A DNA stretch of 64,000 nt from Podarcis filfolensis (Eukaryota), in the NCBI GenBank assembly GCA_964270895.1, contig OZ185436.1, one strand, 5' to 3'. Below the pieces are notes generated by a model. The model worked only from the letters and a program-made list of their open reading frames with translations. It made no database searches and was not told the origin of the DNA. Position numbers and translations under genes: made by a program. Shown piece by piece: positions 11,614-23,319 of this stretch (positions are counted from its first letter, which is position 1; every line of letters starts with the position of its first letter).

Positions 11614-12832
11614 TACAGTCGATGTCTCCCTGCTGCCCTTCTCCTCACCTTGGAGAACTCATGTGTATTTAATTGTGTGCTATCACTATTTCTGTTTAAC
11701 AAAATGTTTTGCTTGTTGAATTCTTGTCCATAAGGGGGGAAAACCCATTGGAAAGAAAGTTCTCCTTAGGAGTTTTTTTTAAATCAAACATGGTAGATGA
11801 TAAGGAAGTTCCACTCGTCCTCTCAAACAGCTTTCCAAATTACTTGCCAGCTTAAAACGTTGACCCTAAAAATATTAACTAGAAATTTCAATGGGGGCAT
11901 CAAAATAAGTACATTTAGAATTATAGCAGCGCTAATAGGGAAGGGCAGAGCATGGGAATTCTAGCAAAAACAATTTCCACTCGTTCAGCTTTGAAGGGAG
12001 TTTGGAAGTAGACAAAAGATACTTTTAATACCTTGCTGAAATGTTTTGTCCAATACGTATTTGGGCATGACCTGTTTTGTCATGCGCAAGTTCTATAAAT
12101 GCATGCTAAGATTGCAGTCCGCTTGCCCTTGGTTTCTAACAGGTGTGGTGGAGAGACCAAGATACAAGCAGCATGTAATATCAATAATAAATGCTTAAAT
12201 AAACATTATTTCTGCACACTGTAGCACATTATAGCTGGAATGCAACATGGACAAAAATTAAATTGCTGAATGGTTTCAGACGGACAGCAATAAAGTGGAC
12301 AAACTGCAGGAAAAGCACCCCTAGGGAAAAAAGCCTGTTGTAGGCAAGAGAAAGAACTCAAGTTATATGTAAGTTTGCAGGGAGGCAATACATTTGTATT
12401 CTGTTGACAAAAGATGTACCTTGACCGCTAATGGAAATTAACCATTTTTCATACGGTAAACAGGCTGAGAAACTGCAACCTGGTTAAGATCACTTAGTTA
12501 ATAAGGGTTATAACCAAGGATTCAGAAGCTCACTCTTACCCGCTACTACTCTATGTTAGTCTTGGCAAATCAACAGTGTTCCTCTGACATGTTCCATTTT
12601 CTCTTTGTAGGAGTGGAAATGTATAGGACAGATGAAAGAACAGGCTGTTTGGTCCTTCAGCAGACAGGTATTTGTTCAAATATTTCAGAAAGCTGCTTAC
12701 ATTTGCATGTTTATATGTGACAGTATATAAAATCTACTGCAAAGACAGAGCTGTGTAGTTGTTTGGTTAATATATAATGGGTTATGAAATTTTTGATTTT
12801 GATTGAATAGTTCTTTTTGAAGTCACGGGGCT

Positions 12833-13310
12833 TATTGCACCGATCCTGGCTGGTCTGCACTGGCTGCCAATTAGTTTCTGGGCCCAATTCAAAGTGATGG
12901 TTTTGACCTATAAAGCCTCAAACAGCTCAGGACCGCAATACTTCAAGGACCGCCAAACCCCTCATAAATCAATCCAGACCCTGTGATAATCATGTGAGGT
13001 CCTTCTATGTGTGCCTCCCCCACGAGAGGTCTGGAGGGTGGCAAAACAAGAGCAGGCCTTTTCTGCGGTGGCTCCCCATATGTGGAATGCTCTCCCCAGG
13101 GAGTCTTGCCTGGCTCCTTCATTACAACTTCAGGCACCAGGTGAAAATGTTCCTCTTCAACCAGGCGTTGTGGTGGTTATTCTTTTTGTTTGATTACATA
13201 TTTTGTGTTGTCATCTTGTATTTTTATGTTTTGAACCACCCTGTGATCTTCCGATGAAGGGCAGTATACAAATTCAATAATTATGATGATTAGATTTATA
13301 AATAAATAAA
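12833..13310 (+). mobile_element. L2 LINE 3' fragment
   Basis: Degenerate L2 ORF2 end (LHWLPI...QFKV...TYKA; AFSAVAPHMWNALP), 3' UTR and (TAAA)n tail. Confidence 0.8.
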
Positions 13311-13850
13311 CAGAAACAGAACTATTCAATAAGATAGAAAATAGGCAAACTAGTGAAGGGTTTTTAGTGAATGGGAATCTGCAGGCTTGATCCCTGCTGC
13401 AGTGATTACAAGAAAAGTTATAACTCAGCAAGTGTGTTTGAGCTTTGTATGGCATTTAAGGGTGAGTCAAATCCCACTGGGAACTTGGTCACCTGCATGC
13501 TCCAAGTTCAGTGGGGACTGCTTTTTAATTTAGGAATACAGCCTAGATTTCCCAGGATGTTTTTCTGTGGCTGCAAGAGGAGAGCCTAGCCAGTGGTTCA
13601 GATGAGGAAAGGGTGGGCAGTTGCCTTGCATTCTAATACTTGCATCAGTTTGCCCTCGCCCACTCTGAAATACTTTTAATTCTAGGGTTGGTGTCATTGG
13701 ATGTTAATATTTCCTCTTTTCACCGGCCTTTTACCTATGTGATAAGTAGGTGGCTCCCTGTGCTGGGGGACTTTAGAACAGGACGGGATCAAAATCCAGA
13801 TAGGTAAGTGATGCAATGCACTTGCATCCTGCAGAAAAAAAAGAGAGAAA

Positions 13851-13892
13851 AGGGAACCAAAAAAAGTGTCAGGGAACCAAAAAAAGTGTCAG
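13851..13892. repeat. Perfect 20-bp tandem duplication
   Basis: AGGGAACCAAAAAAAGTGTC x2 plus AG. Confidence 0.95.
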
Positions 13893-14141
13893 TTTTGGGA
13901 GCAGGGTGAATTACATGGGGGGGGGGGGAAAGCACGTGATTTCTCTTACATTTGCCAAGTGTGTGTATGTATGTGTTTAAAATAAAAAAGGCCCCGAGGA
14001 TACACTGTGCAAATGCAGCATCTGGGGCGGTGCAAACGCACCTATGCCCACAGCTGCTGTTGCCAGGAGACTAGTAGAGTAGCAAGCTTGGAGCGGGAGG
14101 AGGCGAGGCAGAAGGGAGTGGGCTGCCGAGGCTGGAGCAAG

Positions 14142-14162
14142 AGCAGCAGCAGCAGCAGCAGC
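14142..14162 (+). repeat. (AGC)7 trinucleotide repeat in the putative KLHL3 5' leader
   Basis: Read directly from the sequence. Confidence 0.9.
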
Positions 14163-14429
14163 GGGGAGCTCTGGGTAGGGAGTGTTCTGTTTGCTGCTGC
14201 AACGCTAAGCTCTGCTGCTGCTGTTGCTTTAGGAGCGAGAGGAAGCAGCTCCGCGGAGGGAAGGAGGGGAGCCGACTGCAGCCATGCTGAATCACAGGCG
14301 CTGACTGATTCGGCCGGCTCGCTGCGCCCCGATCAAGGAGGACAACGTTGGGAGACGCAGCGGCGGCGTTGCCCGAGGCCAGGAGACGAGGGTGCATGCA
14401 GAGTTCAAGCTCCACTCCGGCTGCGCACA

Positions 14430-14443
14430 ATGGACGACGAGAG
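14430..14443 (+). CDS. KLHL3: Kelch-like protein 3, coding exon 1 (MDDES, last codon split)
   Basis: ATGGACGACGAGAG|GT parallels human ATGGAGGGTGAAAG| (14 nt) and is phase-compatible with exon 2. Confidence 0.8.
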
Positions 14444-16783
14444 GTTTGTGCGGGTCGGAGGGGAGGGAATTAAGTGTGTGTCTGTCCGCGACTGGAAGAG
14501 TGCAGGCGCCTTTGTGTTTGCGTAGGCAAGGGGTGGCAGGTTATGCCGAGCTTTCCGGTGGGCCGATCGATCCCCATGGGAGGACAGCCCTGCCGGATCC
14601 ATTTAGCATCACTCCCAAAGTTAGCTGCTGCAATAACCTTCCGCGTGGCGCGGTTCATTTGCATGCGTTTGTTTGTCGTGGCCCAAAGGATCGCCAGTCC
14701 TCCTGCTCGCAGGCAGGCTGTCTTGTTATTTGTATTTTGGAGATGTGTGGTGTTTGCACAGTGCGAGCTCTCTCCCTCCCCTCCCCTCCCCTCTCCACCT
14801 TGGACTCATTCATCGCGGAATCCTTCATCACTTTTCCAGATTCTCTCTCCCTTCCCTACTTCCTGCCTCCGATGGCCCTGGTTTGAAATTCTCTCTCTCT
14901 TCCTCCCTCCGTCCCTGCCTCCCTCCTTCCGCTTCTTTTCGGCGTGTTTTTCAGACTTGAAAATCGCTTTGCAAGCGGCTGACCTGGGGCGCCCTGTGGT
15001 TGTGCAGTTTTAAGAGTCTTTGCTGCTTGAAGGAGGCAATCGTCGTTTTGAGAGCAACCATTCCTCCTCCATCGGGCCAGGCTTTTAACCTAATAGTTTT
15101 GAGTTTAATAACCAAATAAAAAAGGTGGCAATCCTCATAGAAATACATATCTGCTTGATAGAACTATATATCTGCTTCGTTTGCACAATAGAATACAACT
15201 ATGTGATTAAGTGAGAAGTCTGCCTTGTGAACAGCAGGCAGTAGCCCGGCCACACGTTAAGAATGCAGGAGCAGTGATTAAATTCAGGTCTGCTGGCTCC
15301 AGCTTGAACTCGGCTTTCCCTTTTAATTTATCCCCCCCCTTTTTTTCAGCTGTTCTGGAATTCACTTTCTAATCCGCAGATACATGCCCGCTTCGTTCCT
15401 TGGCACAGCAATTACATAGGTGAAAGGCTAACTTGTTTGGATTTAATAAAACTAAAAAAAAAAAAAAAAGTACAGGAAGTGTGCTTGTGGGAGCCCAAAC
15501 AGTTGCTATGGAAACATTAGAATTTTTAGTAAAGTAACACAGGGTTGATTCACACAATCTGGTCTCCTGTTGTGGCATGTTAGTAACTATTGCTTGCTGC
15601 AGGTTTTTTTTTTGGTCACAGTTGCTGATTTGACTTATTTTGGGGTATGAGGTTGTGGGGGGGGGCTTTTGGCATGTGCAGACAGATAATGGCTTTGTGT
15701 GATCCACCTGTGGCTCCCTGATATGCAGGACGTCATGTGATCGGACCATCACTGTGGTTGATCAACACAGTGATTGATCTTGTGATGTGATTCTGGTCAC
15801 ATGATAGACTTCCTCTCCATAAAGAAATGTAAGTTACAGTTAATTATATAAGGAAAGACATGAAAAGTGAGCCAGCGTTTACAGTTTGGTAGTAACTGCC
15901 AAAACGATACTGAGCACGCTTTCCTCGCTTTTGGTTGCTTATTTCAGATCTTTTAAATCTTAACCAGTCTGGCAGTATTTTAGACACTTAAACCAACATG
16001 AGTGTAGAACATTTACAGATCCATTGTGGAGATAATGCCTATGTCTCCTTCTAAAGCAGAGACAAAACCAGTACCACCAGTGACCTGTAACATAGCACAC
16101 GAAAAGGCAAACAGTAATAGGTACAGTACACATAATAGAAGGGCCTTGTCTTGTATTGTTCATTTACAATATCCGTGATGCTTAACTAAGATTATAAAAC
16201 ATAATACTTGGAACACGGTGAGAGGGTGTAGCAGTGTTTTCCACTTTACAAAATAGAAATGTGTTTTTCCTGCATTGTAACGGGATTTGAACTGCGTGAA
16301 ACAATTATGGAAAGAATACTTAGTTTTGCTTTCTTGGAAAAACAGGATGTGCAGAGCACTTCCTCTGCACATTGTGAACTGGATGCCTTCAGAAAAGGGG
16401 GAAAAGTTGAGGCTCTGCTGCATATGGAAGCAGTAGAAACATGAGATGCAGTTCCTTCCCATAGTATAGTATGATTTAACTTGTTGCTGCTATCGGTTTG
16501 TGATGGAATGCTGCTTTAGATACTTCTTTCTAAAGGTTGAGATCCAATGCCTCATTGAAATCAGTGGAACATCCCACTTTCATATGCCCAGAGCTGTGTC
16601 AGAGCTTGTTCCTTATGGTGTATTTTCACTGAGCTGCACTATATGTCCAAATAACTGCACCCCCATGTGTTACTATGGTCATGTAGACATTTTCCATTCA
16701 TTGTTGTCCTTCAGCCTCATGGAGTGTCTGTGTGCATTATTTGGAAAACCTGTGTGAATAAGCTCAGACATGTGGTTTCAGTA

Positions 16784-17024
16784 CAGTCATACCTTGGAAG
16801 TCAAACGGAATCTTTTCCGGAAGTTCGTTTGACTTCCCAAACGTTGGGAAACCCAATCGCAACTTCTGATTGGCTGCAGGAAGCTCCTGCAGCCAATCAG
16901 AAGCCCCGTCAGACGTTCGGGTTCCAAAGAATGTTTGCAAACCAGAAAAGTCACTTCTGGGTTTGTGGCATTCGGGAGTCAAAATGTCCGAGTACCAAGG
17001 CGTTCGGGATACAAGGTTCAACTG
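16784..17024 (+). mobile_element. Tc1/mariner (Tigger-like) MITE, second family
   Basis: Imperfect TIRs CAGTCATACCTTG / CAAGGTTCAACTG, TA on both sides, central palindrome. Confidence 0.75.
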
Positions 17025-18446
17025 TATTCACCTATTTTTCTTTACTGTAACCTGCCCTCCCCCCCCCAAAAAAAAAGTATAATGTTTTGTTACTGAGTGG
17101 TATCTAAATATTCTAAATAAATCCCATGTAAGTGTGGGAATGTATCACGAGGAAGCACTTTGCTCTGTTTGATACCCAGTGTTTGGGGAGGAATAAGTGA
17201 AGATTGTCAGGCTTGCAAGATGGTCTCTCTTTCCTTCAGAACTCATTTTCCTGGCATGTGCTAAAGATTGTGGTGAGATCCATCCAGGGCCTATTGCAAA
17301 ACTGTACCGGCAAAATGGTTTATTCTACCCACAGTCTACTGGTCTCTTATCCTTGGTGTCAACACACATTTATGGTATATCTGTACATCTCTCCAATAAT
17401 TGCAGAGAGAGGGAGAGAAGGGGGCTTTCGACTGTGGACTTACTGTACACTATCAGTAGCTCAGCCTCATTCCCTGTCCACTGGTTATCTTGATGTACAC
17501 ACTTGCTCCTAGATTCTTTGAGAGCTTTGACCTCCCACTGGAGTTGCTATGAGTTTGGAATCTGAGGACTTTACCCATTTGTTCGTGATGAGAGAAATTT
17601 GTGAGAAGGAAACAGCTTTGTTATAAACTGTATATGGGGTTTCAGAATGAGAGACGACCACATTTAATAGACTAAGTTGCAGACAGCTGTCACAGTAGAA
17701 CCAGGAGCTGTTTCATGGGGCCATAGCTGGGGTATATTATAGCTGGGGGCCATAGCTGGATATATTATTAAAGGTAGTTGTTCAGCAGTCTTCATAGAAA
17801 TATGTATCTGCTTGGTTCGCTTAATAAGTTATAATAGAATACAGCTATGCATATAAAAATACGATCCTGAGCATCAAGTTCTGTGCAACCTTGGACAGCT
17901 CAGGTGATGGTTGGGCAGCACTAACAAAACCCCCAGCCTGTTCTTAGAACATAGAGAACAAACATTTGAACAAACAGTTATTGGGGATGAAGTTCCACTT
18001 AACTTAGGGGCACTGACTTGAAGAAAAATATGCATCATGGTATGGGGGGTTGGACTGCACGTCAGACTTTCTTTCTGGCTTCAACTTGTGAGGAATGAAT
18101 GGTATTAGAGCCAGGAAAGGGAGTGGGATGACTGGAAGGGATGCATTCATTTCCTTTCTTGTAGTAAACGGGATGCAAAAAAAGTATTGGAAAGCTCAGA
18201 GCTCCAAGCATTGCTACTTTGCTGAAATTATTGGAGCTGAGTTCAGTTGCCTAGATGTAGGAATGACAGTGGTGGTGACGATGACTGATGATACTAGAAA
18301 TGCTAATTATAACCAATGTGTGTGATCCTGTTAAAACATCGAATCCCTCTTGAGTAATCAGAGTGTTGCACACCCACTGTCTTGTAAACTTTAAATTCAC
18401 CTGTAAGGTAGGAAAGTAGTATTATCCCCAAATTGTTGGTTGTGGG

Positions 18447-18470
18447 GGAGAGAGAGAGAGAGAAGGAAGG

Positions 18471-18510
<40 letters not shown>
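18447..18510. repeat. Purine-rich compound microsatellite (GA)n(GGAA)n(GAAA)n(GA)n
   Basis: Read directly from the sequence. Confidence 0.9.
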
Positions 18511-18689
18511 GGTCTTCCCTAAGGTCACCTGGTGAACTCAAGGCGAGGATTTCAACCCCTAAGAAGGTTGCAAACTGAATTTTGACAGTGGAATAATTAG
18601 AGGAAGGAGGAGTGAGGATAGCAGGGATGAACCTCCTTAATCACTTTTAACTTCTATCTTTAGATCAGTCTGAAACCCTATTGGGAAGG

Positions 18690-18785
18690 CTTCTCCAGAT
18701 GTTTTGGACTACAACTTCCATCATCTCTGACAGCGGGAGTTGTCATCCACAACAACTTAATAGCATCAGGCTGCAGAAATGCTGC
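18690..18785. mobile_element. Small palindromic squamate MITE (ctccagatgtt...ggactacaact family, hAT-like)
   Basis: Motif shared with copies at ~31950, 34165, 39703 and 63495. Confidence 0.55.
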
Positions 18786-20461
18786 TGTAGGGACTCTCAT
18801 ATTGCTTGCTGAACACCACCACTAATGATAGACACCCTGCAAGGAACTATTTACAGTACTTGGGCCATGTAACAATTTATTTCTGAGCACGTAGATGTGC
18901 ATTGCAGTTCATATTTTTGATGGGAGCAGTTACCAGAACAGGCTGTCTTGCATCCATAGTTAATGCATTCATGGAAGCAATTCCAAGACTGTGGAAGACT
19001 AATCCCATGTGGTTTCTACAACTCCATGTTGCTCTTGACTCCAGGCCCATGCTGACAGATGGGAGTACCTTCACTAGTGACTGCCTCCCTACGGGGATAG
19101 CCTGGTAGATGGCATGTGTGCTATGTGTGCTGTCTCAAGGCATCTGTTATCCATGGAAAGTGTTGGGTTCCTCTACATATCTTTCCCTTCTCACTGACAT
19201 GCGTTCACTGTTATGATTGTGCATTAGTGCAAAGTACCAGTTGACTTTGCCAAAAAGCTGCTCAAGCTGTCTGCTTTTCGATGCTGAAAGTGTCTTTGAA
19301 ATTTTGGAAAGCTGATCACGTACCCCAAGAAATGAGATTCCCTTTCTGGCCAATATGCAGTCAGAACTAGTGAATGCATAAAAAGTGCTGCATAAAATGC
19401 ATAAAAGTGTTGCCTTAGTCTTATCAAATCTTATGGCAGTATTGCATCTAAATAGTGCTAAACAAAAAGCTGTTTAGATTTAATTTTTGCTTGAAAAGAA
19501 GTGATTCTTTCTCTCTACCCCCATACCCTATATTCATAGCTATTTGCAAGTATTCTTCCCCCAGTGCCGCCTTCTCTGTTGTTTCAGTGATCATATTTCT
19601 GTTTCAACCCTATTCTAGTGATCAAAGACAAATCCCAGTGGTCTTCCCAGTAGCACAGTCCACTTGCAGTTCTTCAGTGGGAATATGCAGAAAGAATTAA
19701 ATGTTGAGGACCATAGTATTAACTTGACAGTCCTGATGAAAATTGTTGATCTGTCAACAGCAGCAGTGATCTCCTTTCTGGAATGTTGTTCAAAACCAAT
19801 TCTTCATAGTGCATGGAGCAATGCTACTCACGTTAAAATGTGTAGGAAAGGACTTGCTCTCCCTGTGTGCTGCCAGGTGTGTGACAAATGATCATAAATT
19901 CATATGATTCTTGAATCACTTACTATATGTGATAGTCTGGGTATAGGAGCAAGAAAAACTAATGTGATCAACGACTGAAATATTTCAGCAATAGTAGTTG
20001 TTTGGTGGTTGTAATTTTTATTTAAAACCTTGTAAGAAAAAGGTTTAAAAATGAGTATCTTGTATGTTTAACAAAACTAGCACCACAAAAATCAGCTGCG
20101 TGTGACTGGGTAATAAGGTTAGGCAGTGACAGTGGTATGTTTTCTTGATCATTCAAGCAAGTCCCTCCAATGCCTTTTTTGCGTCTGAAGGATGCTTAAT
20201 AAAGCTGTGCTGTGTACCACAGAATGAGTCCCAGTCCATTAGTCTTTTGGCTGCTTTCAGTTGACACATCGGCTTTTCAGCAAAAGCAAGTGTCCAAACC
20301 AATTCATACTAGGTTTCTAATGACAATCCTCCCAGAAATATCCAGCACCTCACTGCCACCAGGACACCTTTATATTTATTGCAAATTGTTATTTGAATCC
20401 TCGTAACCATCCAATAAAGGTTATGCAGCCAAAATTCATTGTGTCATATTCCCAAATAATA

Positions 20462-20650
20462 CAGTCGTACCTCCGCTTACGTATCTCTCTGGTTACATAA
20501 ACTTCAGGATATGTAAGCGGCAAACCCGGAAGTATTTCTCCGGGTTTTTGCCACGTGCGCATGCACAGAAACGGTCTTTCCGGTTGCAAAAACCTCAGGA
20601 TCTGGCCGGACCTCCGGAACGGATCCCGTCTGCAAACGGAGCTACCCCGG
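20462..20650 (+). mobile_element. Tc1/mariner (Tigger-like) MITE, third family
   Basis: CAGTCGTACCTCCG ... CGGAGCTACCCCGG degenerate TIRs between TA dinucleotides; CpG-rich interior. Confidence 0.6.
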
Positions 20651-23034
20651 TACTCAGCTCTTCTAGGGACATTATGGTTACATCTGATTTTGTAAACTAT
20701 AGAAATAAGTCCCTGGAGAGACTTTGGTGCATTTACCAGCAGGTGCTCCAATGGGGCAAGGTCCCTGGGTGCTTTTTATTGTCTGCAGAACTAGAAGTAA
20801 ATGCACCACCCAATACTTTCTGTGTTACTAGATCATCTTCAGGGTTTCTGTTCAGTGGGTAAAAGCAGTTCAACTTTCTAATGACTCATTATGTGCCTCA
20901 ACACCCCCTTTGCCCCTCCACATTTATATTAGCAGTATCATCAATATCAAGTGATCAGCATGACAAACACCATTTTAATTGCTATTTATAGTAGCATAAT
21001 TAACACTACTGTTCATATGCCTGCACGTGCATGAAGGTAAGGTGTGGGTGGGAGTGGCAATGCAGTGGCAAGACATGTTCCGTAGCCCTATGTACACTCA
21101 TTGTCTGCACTTTTCTATGCACATATAGGTGGTATGTGTGGTGGGGAACCCTGCAGAAAGAAAGTTGCTAACACCAAAGTGAGTGTTGCTCTGTCTTAAA
21201 AGGCTTTTACATCACTGTCCTCAAACACTGGCGTGAAAGGGTGAATTGTCAGGCAAACAGTAGAACTGAGCTTTCACAATGTGCTGGCTGGCATGTAAAT
21301 TAAGCAGGAAGAGCTGCACGTATCTGTGGGCTTTGTAGGGATTGGAGGCAAAAAGACTAGAGAACATGGGGTCTGTTTGGTGAGTATACATGTTTCCTCT
21401 TGGATGGGCAGCGGGGGAGGAAGAGCCTTGTGCTGAAAGTAAGGTAGTATGCTAGGGTGCAAAAGTATTGTGGAAGAACTGCTAGCATGCCAGGAGAAAT
21501 TAATTAAATAAATGTTCCTGTGAACAGAAAGTGCCAGCTTAAAGGAGGCAGCCCATTCCACCTCTGCTTGTGTCTTTCTCTGATTTTCCTACTTCCCAGT
21601 TACTCTTATCAGGTTTAATTCTGTTGTATCTCTGTATGGTCCAAGGATGAAAGCTGAAGGGTTTGCTGTTGGTGAAGTGGCAGGGCTTTAAAACAAGCAG
21701 GATTATTATACATCAGAGGCATATAAACAGAGCACAGAATGTTAATATCCAAATTGTTGATTTTAAATATGCCAGCAGTGCTGCTAGGGAGCTTGGGACA
21801 TGGAGAAACATTTTGTTTGTTGGTTTTAATGGAATTCCACATGTGATTTCAAAGTGGACACACTTGCATCCGTGAAAGTGCTGTGGAATAATAGGTTGGT
21901 GGTGGAGGCTGAAATATGGAGCAGGAAACTGAACGTAAGTTCTGAAGTTTTTAAAGCATTGTGACTGTGGAAAGAGAGAGCAGGGTGAAAAAGCAGTTCT
22001 TAGCCAGTTGCCAACAATCTTTCAACCTTCTGTCCTGCTCTACTCTAGGCATGTCAAACTCAAAAGGGTTCAGGGGGTCCAACGCTTCTCTGAGCAGATG
22101 CATTGGGACCACCCCAATAATATTGTTGCCACGACCACCCTGGTTTTGACTGGCCATTCAGCTCCAATGTGCTACCCCAACATTTGTGCCACTATTCTCC
22201 TTGTCTTCCAGTTACCTCTCATTTCTCCAAGCACCTGAGCAGTCCTTGTTCCCACCATATAAACCAGGGTGGAAAGCTTTTATTTCTGTAGAATAGGAGT
22301 GGGGTTCCATGACTTGAGTCTAGCAAAGTTGTCCAAATAGCACAAGGACTTCCCCCACCCCGGCACCCCCCAATCTGTTCCAAGGGTTTGCCGAACCCTC
22401 TGGTGCAGGAGTGCAAATCCTGTTTTGTTGGTGGAAGTCCTTTTGCTCACAGGACAACATTTTTCCTACAACAATCACTTCAATCCGACATCCTGAACAT
22501 TCCCATCACCCATGTTTGTTTTCCCAGGAGCAAAGGGAATTGCTGCCTCTGCAATTCACATCAATTTTGCCTTGGTAGCCTATGCTATCCTGGCATATTC
22601 CAAGTACCATATTCGTTGACTGCTGTGCAGCTAATTTAAATGAAAGTGGGGAAGAAACTGGTGTTGAGGTGTGTGGTAGCAGTCACTGGAAGGTAAAGCT
22701 CTCTTTCCCCAGCTAAGGAGAAGCCCTGATGGTGTGAAGTCTGTTAACTGTCATGGGCTATACTGGAGATCCCAAGTAAGGACACAGGCCTCAGGCCTCC
22801 TTTAGAATTACTGAGGAAGACAGCTGTGCAGTTAGGAGCAATATGGATTCTTAATGCCTCAGAACATGAGGGGCTAAGAAAGGGTTTAGCCTCTGCTATA
22901 ATAACTTGCCCAGCAATACATCTACTTTCCCCCCTACATAAGTAGGTAACTGTCATTCATTCCTGTACAGAAGACTAAAGTACTGTATTGTGGGAAAGAA
23001 CCAGAGGCTTGTTTGAATGTTGAATGGGTGGATG

Positions 23035-23171
23035 NNNNNNNNNNNNNNNNNNNNNNNNNNNNNNNNNNNNNNNNNNNNNNNNNNNNNNNNNNNNNNNNNN
23101 NNNNNNNNNNNNNNNNNNNNNNNNNNNNNNNNNNNNNNNNNNNNNNNNNNNNNNNNNNNNNNNNNNNNNNN
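23035..23171. other. Assembly gap (137 N)
   Basis: Run of N. Confidence 1.
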
Positions 23172-23319
23172 ATAAGATGCCCCCATGTATAAGACACCCC
23201 CTATTTTTGGGGACTCCAAATTAAGAAAACACCCCTCAGCACTACCTGTGTATAAGACGAGCCCCAATTTTAAACATAATTTTTTGGTAAAAACTAGTCT
23301 TATACACGGAAAAATATGG
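23172..23319. mobile_element. TcMar-Tc2-like DNA transposon end
   Basis: Terminus GTCTTATACACGGAAAAATATGG is the reverse complement of a CCGTATTTTTCCGTGTATAAGAC-type TIR; internal TATAAGA repeats; the other end is lost in the gap. Confidence 0.6.

Larger units (their letters stand above)
13900..15080. promoter_or_regulatory. KLHL3 promoter / exon 1 CpG island
   Basis: CpG-rich block around the first coding exon; G12 run 13917-13928, canonical E-box CACGTG 13933-13938, AT-rich TATA-like stretch ~13976-13990. Confidence 0.75.

Noticed and set aside
14392-15013. ORFs of 164-179 aa spanning KLHL3 exon 1 and intron 1
   Set aside because: They run through the splice donor into low-complexity CT-rich intron.
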